DNA from: Cenococcum geophilum
Lineage: Eukaryota
NCBI GenBank assembly: GCA_050273025.1
Contig: CP158635.1
Coordinates: 32,178,001 to 32,242,000, forward strand
Direction: 5' to 3'
DNA length: 64,000 nt
The notes under the pieces are model-generated. The model saw only the letters and a list, made by a program, of their open reading frames with translations, made no database searches and was not told where the DNA came from. The stretch's first letter is position 1, and each line of letters begins with the position of its first letter. Positions 13,741-28,154 of this stretch are shown here, piece after piece. Position numbers and translations under genes: made by a program.

Positions 13741-13999
13741 GACTTTCCTAGTTTATAATTATAGCAACTTTTTTAGGGTCCATTTTGATTCCGTTGCGGA
13801 ATATAATTAGGCCTAAATATGTAACTTTAGACGCGTAAAACTTGCATTTCTTAATATTGCATTATAAGCCTGTATCTCGCAGGCGTTTAAGGACCATTTA
13901 GACGTATTTCCAATACTTAAAAAGCGAAGACTAGTAGATTAAGATATTATTAATATACGCAGTAATAAATATGTTAAGAAATTCACGAAGCGTGTTATT

Positions 14000-14181
14000 T
14001 GTCACAGTACGTGCCGACTGTCAAGGTACGATGTACGAGGTGACTGTATATGATTGACAAACGATGTCGTGTGAGGATCTATGTAGGAGGTGAGGTGGTA
14101 TATATACACGTCGCTCAGGGGTCAGGTCCGTGCTCATGCATACGCGTAGCCATAACAACGCGTCAGGTCAGTGCCGTGACA
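14000..14181. mobile_element. Solo LTR, 182 bp, little RIP
   Basis: TGTCAC...GTGACA termini, TSD TTATT on both sides; end GCGTCAGGTCAGTGCCGTGACA resembles the end of the E LTR. Confidence 0.92.
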
Positions 14182-14501
14182 TTATTAACGTATTACTAAA
14201 ACGTGCCCGGACCGTTCTTTATACTAAACGGCATTACTAGGTATTTAAAGAGTCCCTATTATATATAAAAATCTATATACTTCTTATCTTCTTTATAGAC
14301 GCGAATTTAATTAAAGGCGGCAACTATATTAAGCTTTATAAAATATTATACTTTTACTAGGCAGTTAAGCGTCTCTTAAAGCAGGGGAATAGGATATTAG
14401 TTTTAAATTATAATTGCGTTTAAAGCTTAATAATTAATATAGAATCTTAAGCCTCCTTCTAGCTTTTTAATAAATAGTATAGATAAGGTAAATAGAGATT
14501 A

Positions 14502-14907
14502 ACGTGGTCTGCGGGCTAGTGGCCCACGCGGGCAAGTAGCCCACCTTAGAAAATACACCTTAATATCTCAACAACCACTCAATAATAAATTCTAATAATT
14601 TGAATTTGGGCTTTCATATATACTCTATAGCTTCTATTAAAGTTGCATAATAAATAATTTAGTAGTTTTTAAGATATTAAAATTTAGGGGCCAAAACGAG
14701 GCCAAATTACTATATCTTAAAAACTACTAAACTATTAATTATGCAACTTTAATAGAAGCTGCAGAGTATATATAAAAGCCCAAATCCAAAATTTTAAATT
14801 TTTTTATTAAGTGGTTGTTGAGATATTAAGGTGTGAATTTTCTAATTTTTGGTGAGGTTTTGAGGCGGGCCACTTGCCCGCGTAGGCCACTAGCCCGCAG
14901 ACTACGT
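14502..14907. mobile_element. Foldback MITE, Tc1-mariner/pogo-like termini (TA|ACGT...ACGT|TA)
   Basis: TIR ACGTGGTCTGCGGGCTAGTGGCC / GGCCACTAGCCCGCAGACTACGT. Internal arms also mirror each other around ~14690. Removing it restores the G RT frame GFIRPS*SLF. TA versus TTAA TSD cannot be distinguished. Confidence 0.9.
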
Positions 14908-17900
14908 TAACTAGGGCGAATAAATCCTTTCTCTAGATGCTTGTTAAGGTATTATTATATTATAAGCAGTTTTTCTTATAATATACCATATAGCGGACTA
15001 AACTTTAGTATTTTGTTAGGCTTAAGTTCTATCTTAAAATCGTGCTTATTTTAATACGGAGGTAGTTAGTTTATAAATCGTTTTTTAAACTTATTAATTA
15101 GATTATAATAATCTTTAGGTATAAGAGGTTAAGGGTTAATATATTATTTTAGTTCTAGTACTTTCTTAACATCTCCTATTACCACAGTAAAGATTTTTTA
15201 ATCTTATCTTCTTGCTAATAAGATAAAGGGTACAGCCTATATTATCTAAAATTTAAGAGGTTTTAACAAAATATCTTTATATTCTTTACCATAATTAGCA
15301 GTTATAGCTTTATTATATTAGTTCGGGGTTTATAGTAAAGGCAATTTATATCGTTTTAAATTTAAATAGTCGTGTGTATATTTATAGGATAAGTAGTATT
15401 TTAAGTAATAACTTCAATAGTAGGTTATACGGAACTTTAGTATTTCTTTAACCCAGCTAATTAAAGGGTTGTGTTGTTTTAGCTATCTATATCTAAGTAT
15501 TACTTTATAATACTTTAAGGGTATTATAAATAGGGAAATGTATTTAAGGTATTTACCTATCCGCATCTTTATAAAAGCGTAGTACGTTAGTTCGCTATAT
15601 ATTAAGGGCTTACTATTAAAGCCTTATAGGCCTTAGGGCTTACTAAGTTTCTTTAAATTTAAGCGCTAAGTTTTTATATAGTTTGTATTAATAAAGTCTA
15701 TACTAGTAGCTCCGCTATTTATAAGGATTTATACTCTCTTCTATTTTTTAAGTATTTAAATTTTACTAAGTATATTAAGGGACTTATATTATATATTAGC
15801 GCTAAAAGAGCCTAGATACTTATACTCTTCTACTTCTTATCCTAAGGCGCAACTTAGCCTTAAGATGATTTGTTTTCTAAATTAACTAAAGGTAAGATAC
15901 TTTATAGCAACTAAGTATAATTTATAGCAACTAAGTATAATTTATAGAATGGGTATAATTTAAGGACTGGGAGGAACTACGGCGGACCTTTTTAAAAGGG
16001 TAAGTTTAGCAATTTCTTTAAATATATCCTTTTTTACTGCATCTAAAGTATTCTCTATTTACGGCTTAAGTTCTTTATTTATTAGTTCCTAAAGATATAT
16101 AGGATTAGGTGGTATTAAGGTCTATAGGGTTATATATAAAGCTTTTAGGTTTTAGAGAAGGATTACGCTTTAGGGTATATACCAGTTTTATAGAGTTTTA
16201 AATGTAAGGTATAGTTAGCTTTAGAAAATAAGTTTGTTAATTACATTAAAGGTCCTTATTAATTTATTAATATATTATAGCAAATTTGGATAGGTTTTTT
16301 AGTAGTTCTCTACTTACTAATTAGGCGTTAATCTCGTCTAAAATAGCTTATTAAAGAGTAGCGACTCTAGCGGCTTTATTCTAATCTAGTTCGCTAATAA
16401 GGCCTAAAAATTCCAAAAAGAAGCTAGTAAAGTCTCGGTTCCGTTATTATAGGTTTTTAAGTTTAGTAATAACTATATATTCGTTCTAGTAGAGAGATAA
16501 AGATTTTAAAATTAATAAAGGTGCTATTATAGAAGAATAGATTTATAGTTTATATAATGTCTTTGCTTAAATAAGATATTCTATAGCTAACCTTACTAGC
16601 TTTAGTAGGGTATTAGTTATAGTTTATTAAAGGTTTAAGACGGAGTCCAGTTATAAAGAGATATAGGTTGTTTTAATTTCTATTAAATATTAGAGGATTA
16701 GGGAGCTTTTTGGATTTTATAATAGGTACTAGGTTTATTATAGGTATAGGTTAAGCTACTATTACTAGTTTAAGGTTTGCATTTAATAGGCCGGGTTTAG
16801 ATATAGTTATTTTAATCTTATTTATAGGTATTACTATTAGGGTCTCTAACGTAAATACTTTAATATTATAGAGTTCTTTACGGAGTGCTTCTAGTATAGC
16901 TTGCTGCTAAGCTAAGGCATCTATAAAGGACTGTTGTATTATTGTTAACTATTCCTATTAGTTACACAAGGTGATATCACGTAGCTACGGTTCGTAGATA
17001 GTATAATAATTATTATTCTGTGTTCTCTTCTTAAGGGAAGGTAAGGAGCTTAAGGCTCCTCGCCACGCTAGTGCCGCAGCAATACGTGACGGCAACTTAC
17101 CGCACGTAACGGCAACTTACTATATATGACGGCAATATGCCTTATATAGTGACTACTTACCTTTACTCCTAATACTGGCAACTCTTCTTTTATAGTTACT
17201 ATCTATATATATATACCGCTTAACTAGCGGAACAAATATTAGTCCTCCTTACTTACTATTGCTATTATAATATAAGTCTCGCTGTCCTAAAATTTGCCTC
17301 TTAGTATGTAGTGCTTTCTTACTTAGGAGTTATAGGTAGATATTTTGTTTAGAGGGCCGCTAAGGCGCTAGTAGTAAGCGAGCTAATAGCGATTTTCTAT
17401 CCCGGGGATAGAAAATCCTAATTAGCTAAGTTAAGTTAGGGTCTATAGAATATTATACTCCCCCCTCTAAAAAAGTCTTGGTAAGAGAATCTAACTAATT
17501 AAATAACTTTAACCGCCGGTTAAAGTTCCTAGATATCTTAAAACCTTATATAACTAAGGAATTTCTAGGGACTCCCTTTTAACCTAACCTTTAACTTATA
17601 TATATAGAGTATTCGTATTAATAAACGTCTCTAGTGCCTTATTTAGGTTTGCCTTTATTATTATATTTACTAGGTTATTTTAGTTATTAATTTATTAAAT
17701 TTTAAAGAGTTCTTAACGCTTATAGGATTGCTAAAGTACCATAATATTAATTATAAGGCGCTTCTCCTTTGTAGTACTAAGCTTAATTAAATATTTATAG
17801 AGGGAATATAAGTTAGTATATACGATTATAGGGATAACGGGAAGTTTAAGTCAATCTATAATTATCTATAGGGTAGTTCCAATTATAATTGCTATATTAA

Positions 17901-19816
17901 CTCCGCTAACTATTCTATATATCTTTAACGCTAGAACGCTTTAAGTAATATACTTACTTTTAGTTAAGCTCCAATAGATAAGATTGCCGTAGATTATAAA
18001 GTTATTCTCTCTAGTAAATTTATTCGCGATAATAATCTTATATCCTAACTAGGAGCTAAAATCTTTATTATTTATAAATAATCTATTAACAAATATAAAG
18101 AGCTTAGCGGTAGGGAGATTAATAGGCATATAGAGTAGTCCCCAATCGAGATAGTTTATTTACTAGAAAAGTCGTTTATTTAGGGTAAGAACGTTATCCT
18201 TAGTTAATTCCTAGTGTTAGGTGGTAACAGAGAGATTAAATAAAGCCTTAGGTTAATAAATAGAAGCGATATAAGCTCCGCAAGCGCGTTACTCTACATA
18301 TCTTTGCTTTAGAGAATTAATGTTAATAATGTTAATCTTCTTACCTTAACCCTTCTAGCGTAAAGTAATAGAATCCTCGTTTAGGGAGAGGATATATCTA
18401 TTAAAAAGTAATAGTGTTGTTAAATTAAGCTTTTCCTTTAGCTTTGCTATAAGATTTACCTTTACTAGCTTATCTTCTTTAAGAGCTAAGAATTAGTTAT
18501 CTCCTAAGATAATTATATTATTAGTTTATATGCTAATAATTCCAAACGGAGTTCCTATAGTTATAATAAGGAAATAGGGATTAAATATAGATATAGTTAT
18601 TAAAAGCTTTTCTTTATAGTGCTTACTATAGGTAGCCTACTAATAAGTTCCTACCTCTGCAATTCCGTATAATGGCTTAAGCACAACTATAATTATATCT
18701 TTGGGATATTGGTGGCGAATTTACTTTAGAAGGTGTTACGGAACCCTACCGCAGGGGCCTCTATAGGAGAGCCCCGTGCTCTTACATACACCTCGCGTAT
18801 AGCTTATGTCAGCTACGCGTAGGTATATCACCTCCTTACGCCCTCGACCCTTGCGATCGATCGCGCAACGTCTTGTAGACTCCTTGAATACATACGCTTT
18901 GTAGCCACTGCCCCCGTCCTATAACATTACGTTACGCCTTTTTTACCACCGACGCTTAGCCTACGACCAATTTTACATCTCTACAATACTACAGGCGCTG
19001 CCAAAAATAGTATATCTATGAATTACCTCACTTTATACTTCTAAGGAACCCATAATAGTAAGACGATATCCCTTACTAGCTACTATATTAAACCTAAAGA
19101 ATAATCTAATACCTATATCTAACCTACAACGCCAATCAATTCTAGGAGAATTCGATTTATTAGCCCTAGCCTTAACCCCTAAGGAGACGGACACCGATAA
19201 TGTCTTATTTTTTATTAACTATATAACTACGGACAAGTAAATAGAAGGGCTATTACCTATTAAAATCAAAATATAAGACGCCGAGACGTTTATAAAAATG
19301 GTAGCATAAGACCCTAATAAATACTACCGCCTTCTATAGAACTATGACCTAAAGCTTATATAAGCCGAGATGCGTACTACCTAAGATCGCGATATTATCT
19401 AAGACCTATAAGCTTATGAGGCGCTTACTAATAACACACATCAAGAAACTAAAGATGACCTCCGCGTGTCTGAACGCGACGTCTAATAGTTAAAGAAGGC
19501 TAAGATTGTACTAATTGCTATAGTTACTAAAAGAGAAGGTATAATTAAATACCTATAATCTTAGCTTAATAAGTATATTTATAATAACGCTAGATACCTC
19601 TTTACTATATATAACGCCACCTAAGTCTTTACGCCCCTAGTAACTTTACCTATTTAATGCTTAACGGAGGGCCAGTGCTAAGCAGCTTTACCTAACAAAA
19701 ACCCCTACTAAAGTAGTAATAATAAAAGCTATAATGATTAGACCTAAACTGCCACTATAGGGTCTAATGTATGTTACCCTAATCCCCTAGTCTTTTAGGG
19801 AGACCGTAAGGAATAT

Positions 19817-22800
19817 TATAACGGAACCTTGTAGCAAGAACTACGATAGGCTCGTCAATGGGCTAGGTGTATAGGAAATGCAAGTACAAAAGTCAACAAT
19901 GTAATAATAACTGGTGGAGTGGTTGCCTAATAGATTAACTCCAATTATATTCTAAGAATCACTATAAGGAAGGAACTATCTAGGTAGGGACTAAGGGTCC
20001 TTAAATACACAACCGTACTCCTATAAAATCCTTCTTATACGTGATATACGCCTTATATATAAGGTACGTAAGTTCCTCTCGTTTCTCTCGTTTAATACGT
20101 AGCATATTATATAACCTTAGTTACTATTCCTTATTACATAGTTCTATTGGCTCCATTCCGGACTGTGCCTAAATTAACTAACTAGCTTCTTCCGTCTCTT
20201 CTCTAAGTAGTTATAATATTGTACTTAAAGCATCCGTAACACTATCTCCCTCCTCTTTATCTTCGTCCTTAAAGATTTAAAACATCTCTAAGTCATTTAC
20301 TAGAGGTATAATATCCGTTTAATTAATTTGGTTAATATTGTTACTTATTATACCTAAAGCAATTTCTTCTTTACACGCCCAACGTCGTGCTCGCACTATT
20401 ACTGCAATATTATCTCTTAGTAAGATTATACCGTCTCTATATTCTTATTATTTAAAAGAGGGGTTAGTTTATATTGCGTTGGCTAATCCATCTTTGTAAT
20501 AACCGTCCTCTTACTTAGAGTGTACTAAAGCGAATATTTGTTCGTCCTATGACGTTCGCTCTACTTCTAATGCTAAATATACGCGACCTATTACTCTTAA
20601 TAGTCGTCTAGTTCCCTAATTAATTTGTCTTAGGGTCTTATATTTAATCTACTGCTGCGTAGCTAGATAGTAAACTATTATAAGCCCTTACTAAGTTAGA
20701 ATGTTCCTGTAATATGGAACAGAAGGCCCTAGATACTTAAATTACGGCATCTGCTTATCTGCTTTATCTTAAGAAGGTTTATAAGAAGGTTCGTTCTAAG
20801 GAGTAGAAACTTATAGAATAAGGTCTATAGGAACTAGGTAATAAAAGAACGGATTCTCTTCTAATAGAGAAGGAAATAGATCTAAGTAGTTTAGCAACTG
20901 CTCTTCTTGGGTCCCCCTTAGGTAACTTATTCTTTGGCAATCCTTTTTTATTAATACTGCCTAACCTAATCTCTTCTAATACTCCTATACCTTTCCTATA
21001 GCGTTCTTTAAATTCTTTAGTAGCTCCTAGGTAGTCTTAGTATAGCCTATCCACTTAACCTTATACTATGTTTCGTCGTTAATGTCCTTATAATTAACGA
21101 TCTTTAATACTTGCCATTCGTCTTCCTCTTGTCCTCTATACGTGTCTACTTTATAGACTAGTGGCTTAATATCTCTATATGCTGGCTCTAGTATCGCGAT
21201 ATATTATATAGGGTAGATCTTTATTTTAGCTAGTAGGTTTAACTTAAACGTAACCAGTAAAATCCTCTATATAAATTTAAAAGGTCCTAGTCTAACGTGG
21301 TCTAATTTCTTACTTAGTTATTAACTCTTAAAATTTTTATATAGTAGCCACACTTTATCTCCCTCCTTAAGATCTAGTCCCTTAGATCTCTTAGCATTAT
21401 AGTACTTTTTTATTCTCTCTTGTACATTCTTTACTAATTCTATAAGGTCTGCATAAAGATTCATTAATGTCTTTATTCTCTCTTTAGCTATACTACTCGT
21501 TTTCTTTACTTGCCGTAGTAATAACAATGTTCTCAGCTTATATCTATAATTTGCCTTAAATAGTAATATACCTATTCCTTCTTAAGGTGTCGCATTATAT
21601 GCGAACTATATAACTAGTAATAGCGATACCTAATTATTCTATACATAATTAACATAATGCCTTAGGTACTGCTCTAGCGTCTAATTTAATCTTTCTGTTT
21701 AACTGTCTGTCTGCGGATAATATATAGTAGAAGTTGCTACTTAAACTCCTTGCTCCACTAAGAACACTTCCTAAAATACTACTACGAATCTTAGATCTCT
21801 ATCCGATATAATCTTACTTAGTGCTCTATGTCTTATAAATACTTCTCTAATATAGATTCTAGCGACATCTTCTGTTAAGATTTCTTCTATATATGCTATA
21901 AAGTATCCCCACTTTATAAGCTTATCTACTATTACTAAAATCGCGTCGTAATCTTGTCCGGTAATAGGATCTTTTAATTTTAGCAACTTAATAATAAAGT
22001 CTTATAATATGACCTCCCATAGTCTCTCTAGTATTTTAATAGGTTGTAGCCCTCTATATAGCTTATACCTTATTAGTTTATTCCTTTAGCAATCTAGATA
22101 TTCTTTTATAACCCTTCTAGCTATCCTTTAGATTCTATTAATAATATACTCTTCCTAAAGTCTTAACACTAAGCCCGTGGCTCTATTATATCCTTAAGTT
22201 AGTCTCTTATAGAAGTTCTCCATAAACTACTCTGCTATACTTCTTAGGATATACTTTACTTTTTAATTTTCGTATATATCCGTCTATAGATCTTCTAGCT
22301 ATACTTCTAGAATTCTTTATACCTAAAAGCTTTCTAATATCTTATAGACTTTCTCTAGTTTATCGTCTTCTTAAGTTGCTATAATTTTCAGATAATTATA
22401 CCTAATTAATCCGTCTATATCTTTTTATAATAAAGCCCCTAATAGCTTTTCCTTATTTTATAGTTTAGCTTTACAGCTTAGAGCATCTGCCTACGTATTA
22501 TCTGTACCTTTAGTATACTAAATCTTAAAATGGTATTCCGTAAGTATCTCTACCCATCTAACCTATCTTTAATTGAGTTCCTTTATTATTAGGAATCCTG
22601 TTAGGTTCTTATAATCTATCTTAACTACGAATAGTTTCTCTATACCTTATAAAATGCTCTCTATTCCTTTAATACTGCAACTATACCTAACAACTCTTTG
22701 TTGTAGATATTATAGTTTAACTCTAGTAGTGTTATCTTCCGACTATAGTATGCTACTAGGTGCTATCTATCTTAATGCCTTTATATAAAGTACGCCCCTA

Positions 22801-25800
22801 GTATATAGTCTAATGCATCTATTTCTACAACCGTCTCTAGTCCTAGTTAATAGATCTTAAGAACTAGCTCCTAGGTAAACAACTCTTTAACTTTTTTAAA
22901 GAGTTCTCTTTACTCCTCCCCCTATACCTATAGTTCTTCTTTCTTTATTAACCGCGTAAATGGCTTAATATCCTTTAACTATTGCGCTATAAACCTTCTG
23001 CAGTAATTACAAAACCCTAGGAACGATTTTAACTGTATAACATTCTCTAGTTCCTGCCAATTTACTATAGCCTCAATCTTTTTTAGATCTATGCTAAGTT
23101 GGCCTAGTTTAATAATAAATCTAACGAAATCGGTCTTCCTAGTGAAGAACTCGCATTTCTTAATTGCTACTAGCATCTGTTCTTCTTATAGTCTCTTTAA
23201 GACCCATTTAACGTGTTCCCTATATTCTTCCTTAGTTATTAAGTAGATAATGATATTATTAAGATATACTATAACAAATTCATCTAAGTATTCTCCTAAT
23301 ATATTGTTAATACGCTTCTAGAACATTACTAGTGCGTTTATAAGCCTAAATTATATAACTAATAGTTTATATAGTCCTTCCTTTAACCTAAAGGCTGCCT
23401 TCCATTTATTACCTTCCTTAATCCTAATCTAATAGTATGCCTATCTTAGATCTATCTTTATAAAGATTTACGTATTGCCTATCCTATCTTAGATTTCGCT
23501 AATTAAGGGTAAAGGATATCTATCCTTCCTAGTAATACTGTTTAACTGTCTATAGTTAATATACAGCCTTAGTTTACCATTCTTCTTTAATACAAATAGT
23601 ACTAAATAACCCACTAATGACTACGATAGTCTAATATATCCCTTTTGTAGATTTTCCTAGATAAACTCTTTTAACGCTCTACCTTCTTCTTTAGTAAGCT
23701 TATAGATTAAAAAGAACTTTAGACTTATTCCTAGTTCTAACTCTATTTTATAGTCCCATACTATATATTCCGACAGCTTTTCACTTTCCGGTAACCATAG
23801 TTTCTTACCATACTTACGGTATTTCTTTAGTATATGGCTTAGTCCTTTTTCTATTTCTTTATAGGTTGCTCCTACTTAGTACTATACCAACTTAGCTTAT
23901 TATTGCATCTTGCGGCGTTAAGTATCTCTAATATTAACCTAACCTATAATCTAATTAATCCTTAGATTGTATTCCTATAACTAAGGTATACTTAATACTA
24001 CCTTGTCCCGTCCTAATAGTAGGATATTAAAAGATATCTTGATTTGTCTTCCTTTAATAGTTATCTAAATAGGTCCTGTTTTAAGACTAATAATCCCTTC
24101 TCTATAGGTTATTGGATCTCCTAAAATTGTAACTAATAGGTAAGGTTACTCCTTTTGCCTATAAGGTAGCCCTATTCTCTTAACTGCTACTAATAAGATA
24201 TAGTTTCGCGTTGCTCTACTATCTATTAGCGCTTTAAACTGCTAATTTTACCAATTAACTTGTAAATTTAGGTATTGTCCTTAAATTCCTTTAAGGGTCT
24301 AAGGCTCTACTACTAGCTCCCTCTAGTCCTATGGGCCTCTACTTTTCCTAACTATTGGCTACTTAATCCTGGTATATTTAGCTCACTCTTTAGCTAATGC
24401 CTAGTTTACTTTTTATCTTTAATATACTATAGACACGTGTTTTCTAGGCATTCCTACTACTATCGTCTATCTAAGTATTCTTCCGTAAGGAATCTTCCTA
24501 GTTAAAGTACTAAACTTCCTTCCTCTTAGATTTCTATTAGATGCCATCTATGCATGTATTTAGTATTTCTATACTATTACTTATCTGTTATCCAGTATAT
24601 CCTTATAGAGTATTTCCAATTCTTTTCTTTCGGATTCTTATATATTTTGCATATATCGTCTATATATATAATCTATAATATTATATAGTGTGCTAGGTAC
24701 TTTAGGTTAACTCTTAGCTTATTTTTATCCCTAAGTTTAAACCTTTATTATGCTAATCTAAACGTTATAACTTTATTTATAGGTACTAAGATGCGTCTCT
24801 CGCTTCTCTAGTCCTCTAAACATTCCTTTAGATCCTTTAACGTTATAATTAAGGCTCCTTTAATATGCGTTATAGCCTTCTCTATAATTAGGTAGTTCTA
24901 GATAACTTTTTTATCTAACTATATATAGAAATCTTCCTACTTATTATTGCGTCGTTACCTATACCACTTTTAGTATAGCTACTGGAGTGTATATGGTTTG
25001 TCCGTAAGGAAATATCTCTTTATTACTATATTGTAATAGCCTTTAGTATATCATTCCTTGAACCTAGTAGGGATCCCTAAATTCTCTTCTTATTTCAGTT
25101 TAGTAAGCCACTTAGCTCTTAGTATGTCTACTCTTAGCCTATTAGTAATTCTTTATACTAGTACTCTGCCCTTTGTACGTCCTAATATACTAGATCTTTT
25201 ATCTAGTTTCTGTTCTTACTATGTAATAATTCTTTGCCTAAACTCTTCTATGGTTTCTTTTAGTTTGCGCCTTACGCTCTAATCCTTAAAGTTATCTTAC
25301 TTCTTAATCCTAATATTAGTTTTTTAATCTTTAGTTCGAATACTTCGTTTAACTAGTAAATCCTTTAGGTCTATATATTTGTCTCCTAGTCTAATTGCTA
25401 TTTATGCCGTAGATTCTCTAATTTATAAAGAAGCTCCTGGCCTCTTATTTATAGGTATCCTAATTTATACCCCGAATTCTTAACCCCTTGGGTTCTTTAA
25501 TCCCAAGCTTGCTTCTAACTTAAGCTTAGCTTCTACCTTAGTCTAACTAGGCTTAACTAGTGTCCTTGTCTTATCTTAAGAGTCCTAGATCTTACTTATC
25601 TTATCTTAAGAATCTTATGCCGTTAGGAATTCTTATCCTAAGCTTATTCGTATATCTTTAAACTAAGCCGCTACTCTACTCCATCGGTTTCTATCTATTA
25701 TAGGTCCTTAAGCTTGCCTTATCTTATCTTAAGAATCTTAGTTGTCTCTTATCTTATCTTAAGAATCTTAAGCCTTTAGCCTTTTGCCTTTATTAAGTGC

Positions 25801-27766
25801 CGAAGTAGTTTACTATCCTACTTCTCTTATGTTTTATAAAGCGATAGACATTATATCTAGTAGGGTCTCGATCCCTACTAATATTCCTTATTTTATAATA
25901 GAATCATCCTCTACTTTTAGTATAATATCTTTAAGGTCTACTTGCTCCTAGTAAGCGGCCCTTATTGCCTTATTATTATGGAATATTTTGCCTAGGTTAA
26001 ATTTATTGTTTTTAATATCTAATCTATGAACTAGTTTATTAGTTCCTCTATATTCTATAGGTGCTGGCTCTTATAGCTAATAGCTTACGCCGTACTTAGC
26101 GTCCTTATAAATTCGGCATGCGTTATTATAATAAAACGCAAAACTTCTAATTAAACACTCTTTTGTTCCTCGCAGTATATTATTATCCCTTTATACGTGT
26201 ATGTTGTCTACTAGTCTCGTACCTTTTACTATATAGTAACTCTACCCACTTTTATAGTCTCTGATATAATAACCCTGTTTTCCGCAATTTATATAAGCTC
26301 CTTCTTTAAACTATTTCTCTTATTATAGAGTCCGCCTAAATATCTTCTGCTATTAAGATCCCTAATTTGGCCTCTGCTCCTTGGACCTTTAATTACTTAA
26401 TCCTTATCCTTTAGGTTTTTATAGTTTGCTCTATCTCTTATAGGCTTCTTTAGTACCACTTAGGTCTATTAGCTCTACGCCGTACCATAGTTTCTAACTT
26501 AGCTTTTATTGTTGCGTACTCTGCGCCTTATATAACTATAGAACTCTATCCTAGCCTCTTTTAGCCTGTTCCCTTTAGTAGATCTAATTATTAATCTTAA
26601 TCGCCTAATCTATTAGTTCCCTTAGGGTATCCGCATCTTCTATTAGGATAATTACGTCCTAGACTTTAACCTTAAGTCCCTATTTATACTATGCTATAAG
26701 CGCCCTATTATTCTACTTTACTTATATTACTAGTATCTAGAACTATATTATATACTTAATTACTAAAGTTTATTACACGAGGTTCTAGAGTTTTCTTTCC
26801 GCTATAGTTATTCCTTCCAAGTCTCTAAATATCTGCGTAAGTTATTCTGCGAATCCTTCCTAACTTAAGAATATAAATCGCACATCTTAATTAGTAGTTG
26901 TTATTCCATTTACCTATATCTCCATAAGGTAAGGTTTAAACCACTTAAGTGCTTTTCCTAATAAGAATAGTCCTATATAGGCTATCCAATCCACGGGTAT
27001 AGGTAACTTTGCTCCCTCCTATAAGACCTTAAAGTATATCTGCGTAAGGAATCCTTTAAGCTTTAACTTCTCTCCTATAAATCTCTTAATTGATAGTAGC
27101 TTAATCTTTACTACTCCTATCCCATTAAGTCTTTCTTCTAATACTATATTATTAGCTATTAGCTAGTTAACTATTTCCTATAGCTGTCCGACCGTTATAG
27201 GTTGCTATAAGTTAGTATCCGCTATACTAGTATTACCTTCTATCCTTAAAGTAGTTGCTGCCGTTAATGGCGTCATGGTGGCTGCTTTTAGTAGTATGTT
27301 ATTTAACTTCTTATATTAATACCGTAACCGGGTAGTAATTATATAACGGAACCTTATAGCAAGAACTACAATAGGCTTATTAATGGGCTAGGTATATAGG
27401 AAATGTAAGTATAAAAGTTAACAACGTAATAATAACTAGTGGAGTAGTTGCCCAACAGATTAACTCTAATTGTATTCTAAGAATTACTACAAGAAAGGAA
27501 CTATCTAGGTAGGGACTAAGGGTCCTTAAATACACAACCGTACTCCTATAAAATCCTTCTTATACGTAATATACGCCTTATATATAAGGTACGTGAGTTC
27601 CTCTTATTCCTCTTGTTTAATACGTAGCATATTATATAACCTTAGTTACTATTCCTTATTACATGGTTCTATCGGCTCCATTCTAGACCGTGCCTAAATT
27701 AACTAACTAGCTTCTTCCGTCTCTTCTCTAAGTAGTTATAATATTGTACTTAAAGCGTCCATAACA
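19817..27766 (-). mobile_element. Full-length Gypsy chromovirus C (family of A), nested in gag of D
   Basis: 425-bp LTRs 19817-20241 and 27342-27766; TSD AATAT on both sides; PPT next to left LTR. RT/RNase H/integrase remnants (ORFs 22979-23176, 21771-21986, 21321-21527); chromodomain ~21000-21130. Confidence 0.96.
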
Positions 27767-28154
27767 AATATAGCTACTAGAAGATATAAATCCGCGAGAA
27801 ACTAACTTAGAGCGCCTGCCTTTTTCCTATAGAAGATATTAAGATTGGGTATATTATCGGGCGAATAAAGGGTATACTATTTAACAGACTTTTCGCCCAA
27901 TAGGAGACTAGTGGCCTTTAGAAGTGGCAGTTCTACTAAAAAGTCCTTAATGATCTTAACCTAATATACCGCGACTATAACCTACTAGCTACTAACCAAG
28001 CTAAACTACATGCCCTAAAGATAAGCCCTACTAAATTATTTAACGAATTCTATATTAAATTCTAGGAATATACTAGAGCCCTCACCTAAGATAATACTAA
28101 AGACTAGGAGGACCTCCTTAAAAAAGTTACTTATTGCCTTAGTTACGTAGCTAC

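Noticed and set aside
13691..13751. Helitron 3' end (hairpin CTCCTGACAGC..GCTGTCAGGAG then CTAG)
   Set aside because: The CTAG belongs to a RIP-derived stop (TGG->TAG) in the Gypsy G RT frame and lies too far from the hairpin.
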